Assembly: GCA_964492735.1 (NCBI GenBank)
Contig: CAZBLE010000001.1
Span: forward strand, 13,218-77,217
DNA: 64,000 nucleotides
Reading direction: 5' to 3'
Source of the DNA: an uncultured Gammaproteobacteria bacterium
Lineage (GTDB): Bacteria; Patescibacteriota; Patescibacteriia; UBA9570; XYC2-FULL-38-9
The notes under the pieces were generated by a model. It worked only from the letters and a program-made list of their open reading frames with translations, ran no database searches and had not been told where the DNA came from. Positions 1 through 9,688 of this stretch are shown here, piece after piece. The first letter of the stretch is position 1; each line of letters starts with the position of its first letter. Made by a program: the position numbers and the translations under genes.

Positions 1-1050
1 CAGAACGGTGCTTGCGCCGTTCCCAAGTTCCGCGCCAGCAACGCCGAGGCGAACGCCAGACACAGAACCAGGAACCGAGAACTGCCGCGCTCCAGTCGCA
101 GCGTCGAACACCGTCATCAACCCGGCGTCACGACCGGTGACAATGGAGTCGAAGCGGGAATCGCCGACCGCGATGCGCCCGCCCGTCAACGGCAGCGTGA
201 AGTACGGGAACCACTCCGGTATTCCCAGGTCATCCGTGATGCCATGGCTGTAAAAGACCGCGCCGTAGCTTTCCAGATCGGTGACGAGGTGGTCGCCGCT
301 CGGGATACCGAAGAAGCCGGCAGTCGACAAGCAGTAGAGCCCGCCGATGCTTGCGTCTGCGTTGGAGTTGCCGATGCAGACCATGTCCGTCTGCGTGCCA
401 TCGATGAGCGTACGCGGGCCGAACTCGATGTCGGCGTAGGCGTTTTCGCCCACACCACCCAGAGTCAACCGCGCCACCGAAGCGGCGTTCTGCACGGCAG
501 AGGCTCCGGTAACGAGTGGGAGGGCATACACCTTCCCAGCCGCGGGTTCGCCTACTGCCCCCTCCGCGTACTGCTCAGCAGAGATGACGACGGTGCCGGT
601 TTCGTCTCGGAGGATCTGGCACTTGATGCCGAGGTGCCCTCCTTCGATGCCCCCGAAGAACTTCGTCGTTGTTCCTTGGGAGCTGGTGCAGGTCAAGGAC
701 CCAGCACCGTTCAGATCCCTGGGAACTCCGGGGGCGGTCTCGTCGTACGCACCGACGCAGGTCCAGTCCGGATTGGTGTCATCTCCCTCAATGGAGCAGG
801 CGACGTAGCCATACTCCGAGCCGCCAGTCGCGGTCGTGACGACGTTGCCGTCGAGGCGGATAGCATCCACCTCCTGAACGAACTGTACGTCAGCGCACGG
901 ATCTGACAGGTCGGTGTCAACCGGTCCAGTCGTGTCCGTGTCGTCCGCGGTCGTGTCAGCCGGGTCCTTGTCGACCTCGCCCGTGCAGGCGACGCCGAAT
1001 CCCAGAGTCAGCGCGACCCACAGCAATGTCAATATGCGAAAGGGATTCAT
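1..1050 (-). CDS. High-GC secreted lipoprotein-like protein, N-terminal 350 codons; the gene runs off the window start
   Basis: Manual translation of the minus strand shows an uninterrupted frame from the ATG at 1048-1050 to position 1. It is absent from the ORF track only because it is truncated. N-terminus MNPFRILTLLWVALTLGFGVACTGE is a signal peptide with a lipobox-like Cys. Gly/Asp/Thr-rich with FG-GAP-like stretches. About 65% GC versus about 42% elsewhere. Confidence 0.6.
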   Translation of the reverse strand, partial: MNPFRILTLLWVALTLGFGVACTGEVDKDPADTTADDTDTTGPVDTDLSDPCADVQFVQEVDAIRLDGNVVTTATGGSEYGYVACSIEGDDTNPDWTCVGAYDETAPGVPRDLNGAGSLTCTSSQGTTTKFFGGIEGGHLGIKCQILRDETGTVVISAEQYAEGAVGEPAAGKVYALPLVTGASAVQNAASVARLTLGGVGENAYADIEFGPRTLIDGTQTDMVCIGNSNADASIGGLYCLSTAGFFGIPSGDHLVTDLESYGAVFYSHGITDDLGIPEWFPYFTLPLTGGRIAVGDSRFDSIVTGRDAGLMTVFDAATGARQFSVPGSVSGVRLGVAGAELGNGASTVL

Positions 1051-1205
1051 CGCAACTCTCCTTGTTTTGCGCTCGCAATTATTACGAGCACTAAAGAGAC
1101 AAGCTCGTCCCTTAGCGCTCACAACAATAACGAAATGAGGTCTAAAATTTGCGGACAGTGTACTGATTTTTGACAAAATGTCAAGTCATAGTACACTCTA
1201 TTCCT

Positions 1206-2147
1206 ATGAAAGCTGACATCAAAACACCCGACCGCCCATACACCATTCTGTTGTTTTATAAATACACAGATATTACTGATCCAGAAGGCTTGCGCGACTC
1301 CCAAAAAACACTCATGGCACAGCTCAATTTGAAAGGCCGCACCCTGATTAGCTCAGAAGGAATCAACGGAACACTTGCCGGGCTCGACGCGGACACAGAA
1401 GCGTATATCGAAGCAATGCACGCTGACCCACGCTTTTCTGATATTTTTTTCAAAAAAGAGTATTATCACAAAAATCCGTTCCCTGGCATTCGTGTCAAAG
1501 TCCGTTCAGAAATTGTCGCATCTGGAAAAGCCAAGGAGTATGACGAAACAATCGTCCCACAAAAACTCAGCCCAAAAGAATTTCACAAAATGATGCAAGA
1601 AGACAATGTTGTTATCCTCGATGCCCGAAACAACTTTGAAGCGCGGATTGGTCGATTTAAAAATGCGATCACCCCAGATATTGATCACTTCCGTGACTTT
1701 CCAGAATGGATGGATGAACACAAAGATATCGTGCGCGGAAAAAAAGTTTTGATGTATTGCAACGGAAACATTCGTTGCGAAAAATCATCGATCTATGTTG
1801 ATTCGCTCAAAGAAGCAGAAGAGGTGTATTCGCTGCAAGATGGCATCGTAAATTACACATCTGAAATTCCAGACGGTTTATGGGAAGGTAGCTTGTATGT
1901 ATTTGACGATCGCACCCAAGTGCAACTGAATGACGACGCACATCACACCGTCATTTCAACGTGTGATTTTTGTGACACTGCCTGCGATACCTATTACAAC
2001 TGCTCAAATGCTGAATGCAATAAAATGGTGATTTTGTGCGACACCTGTGCCGAAGATAGCAACGGTGCATGCAGTAAAGACTGCTCCACAAAACATCGTG
2101 CCGGTATTGTCAAAAAATGGAATATTAAAACACGGCAAGCAGAATAA
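1206..2147 (+). CDS. trhO: tRNA uridine(34) hydroxylase TrhO (rhodanese-related sulfurtransferase, UPF0176/YceA family)
   Basis: N-terminal UPF0176 region, rhodanese domain with YCNGNIRCEK active-site loop, Cys-rich C-terminus. Start chosen at the ATG at 1206 (MKADIKTP), in frame with track ORF 1170..2147. Confidence 0.75.
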   Translation: MKADIKTPDRPYTILLFYKYTDITDPEGLRDSQKTLMAQLNLKGRTLISSEGINGTLAGLDADTEAYIEAMHADPRFSDIFFKKEYYHKNPFPGIRVKVRSEIVASGKAKEYDETIVPQKLSPKEFHKMMQEDNVVILDARNNFEARIGRFKNAITPDIDHFRDFPEWMDEHKDIVRGKKVLMYCNGNIRCEKSSIYVDSLKEAEEVYSLQDGIVNYTSEIPDGLWEGSLYVFDDRTQVQLNDDAHHTVISTCDFCDTACDTYYNCSNAECNKMVILCDTCAEDSNGACSKDCSTKHRAGIVKKWNIKTRQAE

Positions 2148-2175
2148 ATCACACCTGCCGTTACAAACGAAACTG

Positions 2176-2202
2176 AAAGCGGATCTTACTTCCGCTTTTT
2201 TT
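2176..2202. terminator. Rho-independent, probably bidirectional, terminator between convergent genes
   Basis: Hairpin AAAGCGGA-tcttact-TCCGCTTT followed by a T-run. It overlaps the stop of minus gene 2186..2944. Confidence 0.5.
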
Positions 2203-2944
2203 GTACAAAGACAACGAGAGACACGAAAGCAAGCAACGCTGCCGCAAAATAGGCCACTTGGGCAAGCTGTGGAACATCTGCAAATTTCACACCAATGCCG
2301 ACAAATGCCCAAACAAGCACGAGCGTATATGCAATGTCTTTTTCTCGAACCAACATCAACAATCCAAGCACTGTCGCAACTGCAATCATAATTGCAGACC
2401 ACCACATCGGTTCAATCCCAAAACCATTCCAGTTTGCGAGCGTCAATACTGCTGATGCATATGCAATTGTCGCAACACTAATCCAACCAAGGTACACAGA
2501 AAATGGTAACTGCGCGCACCATGCAAATTGCGCGCTCTGGTTCTTTTTTTGTCCGTGCGTTAATTGTGTGTAAATCATCAGCAGCGACACAAGCAGCACC
2601 GCCATCACGATAATCGTCGTATAAAAATATTGATAATGCCACAACAAAATCCAAGCACTATTGGCAACACTCGACAGGACAACCCACCAACTCACTGCAT
2701 TGAGCGCACGATTGGCATACGTTTTTGGCATCAATTGATAGACCGCATACACCGCGAGCAAGAGATAAATCACACCCCAGATTGAAAAAACATACCCAGC
2801 CGGCACAAAATAGATCGCAAATGAATCAGAAATTTCGCCTGTTAATTTTCCATTATATGGAATGATGTTTGCCAATGCATTCATCACAATCATTGCAACA
2901 ATAGAAATTGCAACGACAATACGCTGAAAGAGAGGATTGTTCAT
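2186..2944 (-). CDS. Polytopic tryptophan-rich membrane protein, possibly TspO/MBR-like
   Basis: 252 aa with about 7 predicted TM segments. Motif PAGYVFSIWGVIYLLL resembles the TspO-family PxGW(T)FxIWxxIY motif. The assignment is tentative. Confidence 0.35.
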   Translation of the reverse strand: MNNPLFQRIVVAISIVAMIVMNALANIIPYNGKLTGEISDSFAIYFVPAGYVFSIWGVIYLLLAVYAVYQLMPKTYANRALNAVSWWVVLSSVANSAWILLWHYQYFYTTIIVMAVLLVSLLMIYTQLTHGQKKNQSAQFAWCAQLPFSVYLGWISVATIAYASAVLTLANWNGFGIEPMWWSAIMIAVATVLGLLMLVREKDIAYTLVLVWAFVGIGVKFADVPQLAQVAYFAAALLAFVSLVVFVQKKRK

Positions 2945-3017
2945 ATTTTTTTATTTAATCGCTAATAGAAAAAGTATAGCGGAAATAGATTTTTACACAA
3001 CGTCACTGCGACTGACT

Positions 3018-3048
3018 TGACGTTTTTCTAGTGTGTGATACTCTGTAC
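3018..3048 (+). promoter_or_regulatory. Candidate sigma70-like promoter upstream of the padR-pspC pair
   Basis: TTGACG, a 16-17 nt spacer, then TGTGATACTCT (extended -10-like). Confidence 0.3.
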
Positions 3049-3071
3049 CGTGTAATACCAAGTACTGAAAT

Positions 3072-3425
3072 ATGTCTACATCATCACCCACTCCACAAGA
3101 AGAATATATTGAGAATATTCAATCGCAAATGCGCAAAGGTTTTTTGGAATTTTGCATTTTATTAATTTTGCATGAAGGCGCAATGTACACAACTGACATC
3201 ATGCGCTCTCTGAAATCTGCCAACCTGATTGTTGTAGAAGGAACGCTCTACCCTCTTTTGAATCGGATGCGACGTTCTGGTTTATTAGAATATGAATGGC
3301 AAGAATCCTCTTCTGGTCCACCACGGAAATACTATCGACTGACAGCTGATGGACGCGTGATGTCGCAGCAACTCACCGACACGTGGCACAATCTCAACGA
3401 CACCATTCATCTTTTAGAACAATAA
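3072..3425 (+). CDS. PadR-family transcriptional regulator
   Basis: 117 aa winged-helix protein; GTLYPLLNRMRRSGLLEYEW...RKYYRLTADG is the PadR signature. Confidence 0.8.
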   Translation: MSTSSPTPQEEYIENIQSQMRKGFLEFCILLILHEGAMYTTDIMRSLKSANLIVVEGTLYPLLNRMRRSGLLEYEWQESSSGPPRKYYRLTADGRVMSQQLTDTWHNLNDTIHLLEQ

Positions 3426-3430
3426 CCTGT

Positions 3431-4303
3431 ATGACTATCAAAAAAAGTATCACCATCAACCTTGCACAAACACTCATCACCATCGACGAAGATGCATATG
3501 AAGCGCTGCAAAAATACCTTCATGAGGTTGAGCGTTTTTTTATACAGACAGAAGATTCCAGTGAAATTATTTCTGATATTGAAGCGCGAATTGCTGAAGT
3601 GCTCAAAGAAAAAACAACCAACTCTCACCCATCGATTTCAATTGATGATGTCAATGACGTTATTGCCGCAATGGGAACACCGGATGATTTTGCTGGAACT
3701 ACCGACAATGAAGCGTCGTCATCTCATTCATCAAATGAATCACACACGAAGTCAGAAAAGAACACCCCTCGACGATTATTTCGTGACGCAGACAATGCTG
3801 TTATTGCTGGCGTCTGCTCTGGTATTGGAAATTATTTTGGAACCGACCCTGTCTTTATCCGCATCTTGTTCGTCTTCTTATTTTTTGCATCCGGTGGCAC
3901 CGCATTATTTTTGTACATCTTATTATGGATCGCTATTCCACCTGCAACAACTGTCAGTGAAAAAATGGAAATGAATGGGGAGCCTGTCACGTTAGAAAGC
4001 TTGAAAAACCGCGCGCAACAATTCGCCACGCAAGAACAGATTGCCCAAGCCCAAAAAAATATTGAACGTGGAGCGCGGCAATTTGCGACAGAAGCGCAGC
4101 ACATTGGACGCCGTCTGGGATCTAAAATTGAATATTGGGCAACGCATAGCGGCCGCGTCATTCTGCGCATCCTTGGCATTATCATGAGTGTTCTCGGCAT
4201 CATCTTTCTCAGCTGTTTGATTTGGCTCATTCTCATTGCTATCCGTCCAGACATCACGCATGTACAAATCAACGACGTTGAAACACGGCTCGAGCTTGAA
4301 TAA
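3431..4303 (+). CDS. PspC-domain membrane protein
   Basis: DNAVIAGVCSGIGNYFGTDPVFIRILFVFLFF is the PspC domain, followed by a TM segment and a second TM near the C-terminus. The PadR plus PspC-domain pairing is common. Start at the ATG at 3431. Confidence 0.7.
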   Translation: MTIKKSITINLAQTLITIDEDAYEALQKYLHEVERFFIQTEDSSEIISDIEARIAEVLKEKTTNSHPSISIDDVNDVIAAMGTPDDFAGTTDNEASSSHSSNESHTKSEKNTPRRLFRDADNAVIAGVCSGIGNYFGTDPVFIRILFVFLFFASGGTALFLYILLWIAIPPATTVSEKMEMNGEPVTLESLKNRAQQFATQEQIAQAQKNIERGARQFATEAQHIGRRLGSKIEYWATHSGRVILRILGIIMSVLGIIFLSCLIWLILIAIRPDITHVQINDVETRLELE

Positions 4304-4354
4304 TTACTGATTCGTGCGTATCATAAAAAATAACATTCTATTGATTGATTTTTA

Positions 4355-5422
4355 TTGTTTTTTTATATGAACACACGCAACGAATTTCGCATCCTGCAAA
4401 CCATTAGTTTCTTTATCGTTTTAGCGGCTGTTGGTTGGATTCTCTACACCATGACAGCGCCGTACATCATGAGTCTCTTCTGGGCTGGTGTTGTCGCCGC
4501 TCTGTTTCACCCGCTGTACACGCGCATTCTCCATGTCACAAAACGGCAAGCAGTCAGTAGCCTGCTCACAATGCTGATCATTTTTATCGGCGTCTTGTTA
4601 CCAACAGCCGGCATCATCACACTCGTTGTCCGACAATCAATCAGTACATATGAATACGTCACCAACCCTGCAACCATTGAAGTTGCACAAACTGAAATTG
4701 ACACTATTTTGCATCAACCGCTTGTAGAAAAATACGGATCACAAATCAACGTCAAAGAACGCACTGCGAGTATCGTGAACAGCGTTGCAAAAAATAGCTT
4801 GTCTATTGCACGCCAAGGCTCGATGAGCGCGGTCCAAGGAATTGTGACATTTGCGATTATGCTCTATTGTCTCTTCTTCTTTTTGAAAGACGGCGAAGAA
4901 TGGCTCAAACGCTTCATGGAACTTCTTCCGTTTGGCGATGACAACGAACGTATTCTCTATAAAAAATTCGTCTCCACAGCACGTGCGACACTGAAGGGGA
5001 CATTTTTAATTGGCGTCATTCAAGGAAGTCTCGGCGGCATCTTCTTATTTATTTGCGGTGTACCATCAAGCGCATTCTGGGGATTAATTATGATTTTACT
5101 CTGCATCATTCCAGCTGTTGGTCCAGCACTCGTTCTTGTTCCGGTTGCCATTTTTTTCGCGATCAATGCGCTGTGGTGGAAAGTCGGCGTGATTGTTCTC
5201 GGCATGGTTATCATTGGACTGATCGACAACGTCCTGCGTGGCCCACTGGTTGGCAAAGATTTACAAATGCATCCTGTGATGATTTTATTTGCAACGATTG
5301 GTGGTATTGGCATGTTCGGTATTTCTGGTGTTGTGATTGGACCGATGATCGCAGCCTTCTTCTTTGCACTGATTCAAATGTACGAAGTCAAATATAAAAA
5401 CGATCTCCGTCACGAAGGATAA
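4355..5422 (+). CDS. AI-2E family transporter (PerM/YhhT-like)
   Basis: 355 aa with about 8 TM. C-terminal MHPVMILFATIGGIGMFGISGVVIGPMIAAFF is typical of the AI-2E family. Confidence 0.75.
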   Translation: MFFYMNTRNEFRILQTISFFIVLAAVGWILYTMTAPYIMSLFWAGVVAALFHPLYTRILHVTKRQAVSSLLTMLIIFIGVLLPTAGIITLVVRQSISTYEYVTNPATIEVAQTEIDTILHQPLVEKYGSQINVKERTASIVNSVAKNSLSIARQGSMSAVQGIVTFAIMLYCLFFFLKDGEEWLKRFMELLPFGDDNERILYKKFVSTARATLKGTFLIGVIQGSLGGIFLFICGVPSSAFWGLIMILLCIIPAVGPALVLVPVAIFFAINALWWKVGVIVLGMVIIGLIDNVLRGPLVGKDLQMHPVMILFATIGGIGMFGISGVVIGPMIAAFFFALIQMYEVKYKNDLRHEG

Positions 5423-5423
5423 T

Positions 5424-5456
5424 AAAAACCCCACTCTGAAAATGAGCAGGGTTTTT
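5424..5456. terminator. Bidirectional hairpin terminator between convergent genes
   Basis: AAAAACCC-loop-GGGTTTTT hairpin with flanking A/T runs. Confidence 0.45.
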
Positions 5457-5477
5457 CAGTCCTAGTAAACCGTATGT

Positions 5478-7052
5478 TTATTGATTGACTGGAAAGGCTT
5501 TACGGTTTTGCGCAATAATCGCATACGCACTATTGAGTGACTCTACACTATCTGAGCCAATAGTGTCATACGCATAGCTGCCATCTTTGGCATATGTTTT
5601 CTTCAGGTAACTGAAACCATTTTCATTATTTTTTGAAACACTACCCGCTTCACGTCCTTGAGCAGAGAATGCCATCATCGCCCAGGCCGTTGATGAACTA
5701 TTTGAATCTTGTCCTGCCTCATACCCAAAACCACCGTCTGGATTTTGTGCAGAGCGCAAAAATGCAACTGCTTTTGTATATTTTGTATTCAGTAATTTTT
5801 TATAGTATGCATTTTCTGTGCGGACTTTTGACGCAAACATAATCCATGCTGCAGTTGTATCGACGTCAGAATCTCCAGACACTGCATAGCTGAATCCACC
5901 ATCTGCATTTTGACACGGCAATGAACCGTTTACTGCATCCTTCATATCATCACTTGTTTTTTTCACATCAGCTGCAAGAAGAGCAAGGCCTGCAAAAATA
6001 TCATCATTGCAATAACTGCTACTACCGTATTGATTATTTGATTTTGTTGTTGTTAATCGTTTGATGAAATTAATTTTTCCTGTATTTTTACTATTTTCAC
6101 CAATAGCTTCTAATGCCAAGATATGACGCGCAATTTCACTTGTACCTTCTGCTGAAGTTGGTTGGTATTTTTTCACCGCTGCATTGAGCGCAGCATTTGA
6201 CTCACCGGCTGTTGCAAGTGCCATTGCTGACCACTCTGTTGTTGCCTGACTTTCATCAACAATCCCTTTTTTATTCATCTGCTTTTTGATGTATGCAAGG
6301 CCATTTGCTGATTGCGCAAGACGCTGATCAAAATTCACTGCCTGTCGTTTTGCTTTGACAGCATGGACTGTTACTTTTTTGACTGGCGTTTTTGTATACC
6401 CTGTCGCTGTTGCGTACACAGAAATACGACCAGCTTTATTTCGTGTGAATGTTGCTTTTCCATCTGCGTTGGTTGTTACTGCGGTTTTTCCAAAATACAC
6501 TGTTGCATTACTCATTGGAAGATAGGTTTCTCCAGATTTGTATCGCACAGTCGCAACAATCTCTTTTTCTGTTGTCGGTTGCATTGTATTTACTGTTAAT
6601 TGCAGTGGAGATGTCATGCCATAGTCACCGTACACAAACAATAACTGATCCCCATCTTCTAAATCATACTCTGATGCACCGACCGCTCCCTCAACATCGT
6701 TCACATAATATGTCCAATACTGACTATCTCCAACATATGTATCGATAGAGTTTAAAAATAAACCGAACGAAGAATTTTGAACTGCAAAATCAACATTGTA
6801 TTGTTCGCTCGCTGTTTGCAATGCACACAATGCATTAGCACCCGAAAGAGTGTGCTTCACACTTGCGCTATCTGTCACTGTGCAGTCAGCGTCTGATAGG
6901 TAAATTGTTTTATTCAAAATACTTTTATCTGGAGCTTCAATGCGAATTGTCACACCAGTATAGTTTGCAGCCTGCGCGGGTGTCGCGTTGACTGCGGCAA
7001 CGACCACAACCAGTGTGACGATGCTAGATAATTTTGTGAGGAAGTATTTCAT
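5478..7052 (-). CDS. Secreted protein with an N-terminal DUF4430 domain and alpha/alpha-toroid (prenyltransferase/terpenoid-cyclase-like) repeats
   Basis: Signal peptide MKYFLTKLSSIVTLVVVVAAVNATPAQA. DUF4430-like block (...YWTYYVNDVE...LEDGDQLLFVYG). Repeated (N/Q)xDGGFxY...AWxMxAF motifs as in squalene-cyclase/prenyltransferase beta-subunit repeats. Confidence 0.6.
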   Translation of the reverse strand: MKYFLTKLSSIVTLVVVVAAVNATPAQAANYTGVTIRIEAPDKSILNKTIYLSDADCTVTDSASVKHTLSGANALCALQTASEQYNVDFAVQNSSFGLFLNSIDTYVGDSQYWTYYVNDVEGAVGASEYDLEDGDQLLFVYGDYGMTSPLQLTVNTMQPTTEKEIVATVRYKSGETYLPMSNATVYFGKTAVTTNADGKATFTRNKAGRISVYATATGYTKTPVKKVTVHAVKAKRQAVNFDQRLAQSANGLAYIKKQMNKKGIVDESQATTEWSAMALATAGESNAALNAAVKKYQPTSAEGTSEIARHILALEAIGENSKNTGKINFIKRLTTTKSNNQYGSSSYCNDDIFAGLALLAADVKKTSDDMKDAVNGSLPCQNADGGFSYAVSGDSDVDTTAAWIMFASKVRTENAYYKKLLNTKYTKAVAFLRSAQNPDGGFGYEAGQDSNSSSTAWAMMAFSAQGREAGSVSKNNENGFSYLKKTYAKDGSYAYDTIGSDSVESLNSAYAIIAQNRKAFPVNQ

Positions 7053-7073
7053 AGATCAGTTATTCATTAGTTT

Positions 7074-7772
7074 TTAAAATTCTTTTTCGTACGACCACTG
7101 GACGGTATCACCTTTTTTTAATCGCTTGGTTGTAATCCCAGAAGTCGCTTTTTTCTCATTGACCTTGTAAAACCAATACAATCCTGCGTCTTTGTCTTCC
7201 GTTACACCGTTCAGCGTCGTAACATATGTTCCAAGGCCTGCGAACTGTTTAGTTTTAAAAGAAAATCCTTGAGTTACTGCTGCGTTCATGAGGTCTTGAA
7301 CCGTTGCACCCACGTCGACGTCAACAGAGTAATGTGTAGTGCTGTTTGGCCCCCGGACAGTCAGCACTGCTGTATACGTTTCTTTCTTTGATTCAGTTGG
7401 TGTGGGCGTTTTCTTTGCTTCTGTGGACGGTTCCGAAGGTGTCTTTTTTTCTACAGGAGGCGCAGTTGCTGCAGTGGTTATCGTTTCTTTTACGTCTGTT
7501 GCGGGCTGAGGCTTCTGCTCTTGCACATTTGCGACAGTTTCAGACGACTCATTTGTCGACACTTCATTGGCCGCAGGAGGCGGATCTATGGTCGGTGTGG
7601 CAGCAACATCTGATGGCGCACTAGTATGTATCGTGAGCTCTGGCACAGAATCACTCTCTCGCGTAGTAACATAGGGCATCACAAACACGCCGACGAATGC
7701 AATAAAAACCACCAGCAACCCGATACCGAGAGCAAGGAAAGAAGTTCGTGATAGAAATGGAAATTGTTTCAT
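7074..7772 (-). CDS. Membrane-anchored protein with a Pro/Thr-rich linker and a C-terminal DUF4430 domain
   Basis: Start chosen at MKQFPFLS (ATG at 7770-7772), followed by a TM helix and a PT-rich low-complexity linker. C-terminal ...LYWFYKVNEKKATSGITTKRLKKGDTVQWSYEKEF matches DUF4430. Confidence 0.6.
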   Translation of the reverse strand: MKQFPFLSRTSFLALGIGLLVVFIAFVGVFVMPYVTTRESDSVPELTIHTSAPSDVAATPTIDPPPAANEVSTNESSETVANVQEQKPQPATDVKETITTAATAPPVEKKTPSEPSTEAKKTPTPTESKKETYTAVLTVRGPNSTTHYSVDVDVGATVQDLMNAAVTQGFSFKTKQFAGLGTYVTTLNGVTEDKDAGLYWFYKVNEKKATSGITTKRLKKGDTVQWSYEKEF

Positions 7773-8044
7773 AAAAATAAAATCCGCTAACGAGCGGATA
7801 CAGAAACGGAGGAAACAATAGAAAAATATTGAAACACCCGCGTCTTGCTCGAAACGCATACAAGTGACAAGAGATCTGGCTTACTTTGCAGATGCAAAGC
7901 TTACAGTTGCGGCACAGCTCCGGAATTGCCTGTAATCAGACGCACCGGATTCCCTCGAAAAAAAATTGCAAAAGAAATAAGAGTGAACGCATTGTAGCCT
8001 TGGAGTTGCCCGCTTGTCAAATAGCGCTATTTTTAGTAGATTGA

Positions 8045-8779
8045 GTGCAGTTATACACATCTATTATGATTCATTCTCTTCCTTCACGACTCGCCTTTCT
8101 CTTCGGTTTTTTTCTCACCACAGGCATTATCATGACGATTGGTTTTATTCTTGCGCTCAGTGTTTTTCTCTCTGGCGCATTGCAAAAAAACACAGACGAT
8201 ACGCCATCAACTGTCACGAGCGCGCCTGTTGAAACAGAACAAACAACAAAAATTGACCTCACAACACTCCGTCACACAATCGGCAAAGGTGACTTTACAT
8301 TGATTGAATACACTGATCTTGAGTGTCCATTTTGTAAAAAATTTCATCCAACTGTTGAAGCAGTGATGAAAGACTATGACGGGCGCATGCGTTATTCAAT
8401 GAAACACTTTCCACTGAACATTCATCCGAAAGCACAGAAAGAAGCGCTAGCAGCAGAATGTGCTGGTCAACAAAATCAATTCTTTGAATTTGTTGATGCG
8501 ATTTTTGCAACAACACCAAGTAATAATAAACTGGAGGAGTCCGTTTTGTTTGACACTGCGTCACAACTAGGACTCCAAATGGATCAATTCAAAACCTGTG
8601 TAGAAACCGAGTCTTTTGCACAAGAAGTAGCTGATGATGCTGTTGAGGCTCAAGCCACAGGCGGTACCGGCACACCACACACTATCATTGTTGATAAAGA
8701 CGGAAATATTGTCACTGGCATCCGTGGTGCAGTTTCTGAAAAACAACTACGAGACGCGATTGATTCGATTCTACAATAA
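8045..8779 (+). CDS. DsbA-like thiol:disulfide oxidoreductase (thioredoxin fold), membrane-anchored
   Basis: N-terminal TM segment and a CPFC active site (DLECPFCKKFHP) with a DsbA-like C-terminal region. Confidence 0.7.
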   Translation: MQLYTSIMIHSLPSRLAFLFGFFLTTGIIMTIGFILALSVFLSGALQKNTDDTPSTVTSAPVETEQTTKIDLTTLRHTIGKGDFTLIEYTDLECPFCKKFHPTVEAVMKDYDGRMRYSMKHFPLNIHPKAQKEALAAECAGQQNQFFEFVDAIFATTPSNNKLEESVLFDTASQLGLQMDQFKTCVETESFAQEVADDAVEAQATGGTGTPHTIIVDKDGNIVTGIRGAVSEKQLRDAIDSILQ

Positions 8780-8784
8780 CCCGC

Positions 8785-9615
8785 ATGCTCGCTGTTCCAG
8801 AGTCTGGTGTCTTGCCGGTAAACAAACCAAGTGGAATGAGCTCGCACGATGTTGTGGGTTGGGCACGCCGAGAAACAGGCATTCGAAAAATTGGCCACGC
8901 AGGTACGCTTGATCCTCTTGCTGATGGATTATTGATTTTACTTATTGGGCGTGACGCCACAAAACAACAAGACTCTTTTATGGGTCAACCGAAAATATAT
9001 GAAGGCACTGTCGTTTTTGGCGTATCCTCTGAGTCAGAAGACGCTGAAGGGCCATTACAGTTATCTCCACAAATTGAAGATTTAGGCAGACTCAATGCTG
9101 AAAAAGTTTCTGCGACATTCGAAAAATTCATCGGCACAACTGAACAAGTTCCACCGCTCTATTCAGCAATTCAGGTCGACGGCAAAAGACTCTACAAAGC
9201 CGCTCGGTCTGGAACAGCTTCTGAGATTACAATCCCAACACGAACCATTACAATTGATGCGATTGAGCTCCTGAATTTTACCCGGCTTTCTGTTGATGCA
9301 AATCCAGAAAAAATCACAGAGCTTCTAAAAGCAACTCCTCCAGAGAACCTGAAACACCGCGAACGTTATCAGTGGTACGCAAACCGCAGCCGTGAGATTC
9401 AACAACTCTTACCAACTGCACGAATCCGTGTTCATTGCCAAAAAGGCGTATATATCCGCTCACTTGCTCGTGACCTCGGTGTCGCACTGAACACTGTTGC
9501 CTTTCTCGGCAACCTCACACGTACACACATCGGCGAATATTCATTAGACACTGCTATTACGCCCTCTGCTGAAAAGGTGGGTGGATTTGTATCTACTGAA
9601 TTGATGACACAATGA
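8785..9615 (+). CDS. truB: tRNA pseudouridine(55) synthase
   Basis: GHAGTLDPLADGLLILLIG catalytic-Asp motif; 276 aa. Confidence 0.85.
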   Translation: MLAVPESGVLPVNKPSGMSSHDVVGWARRETGIRKIGHAGTLDPLADGLLILLIGRDATKQQDSFMGQPKIYEGTVVFGVSSESEDAEGPLQLSPQIEDLGRLNAEKVSATFEKFIGTTEQVPPLYSAIQVDGKRLYKAARSGTASEITIPTRTITIDAIELLNFTRLSVDANPEKITELLKATPPENLKHRERYQWYANRSREIQQLLPTARIRVHCQKGVYIRSLARDLGVALNTVAFLGNLTRTHIGEYSLDTAITPSAEKVGGFVSTELMTQ

Positions 9616-9688
9616 ATCCTGTGGTCTAGGCTCGATGAGAATTTTTCGGTGACTACGTTTCGCTACGCTGCAAACGGATCGTGTCTAT

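Noticed and set aside
2186-2944. Confident TspO/MBR annotation
   Set aside because: Only one short motif resembles TspO, and the protein is about 90 aa longer than typical TspO. Kept as a tentative call only.
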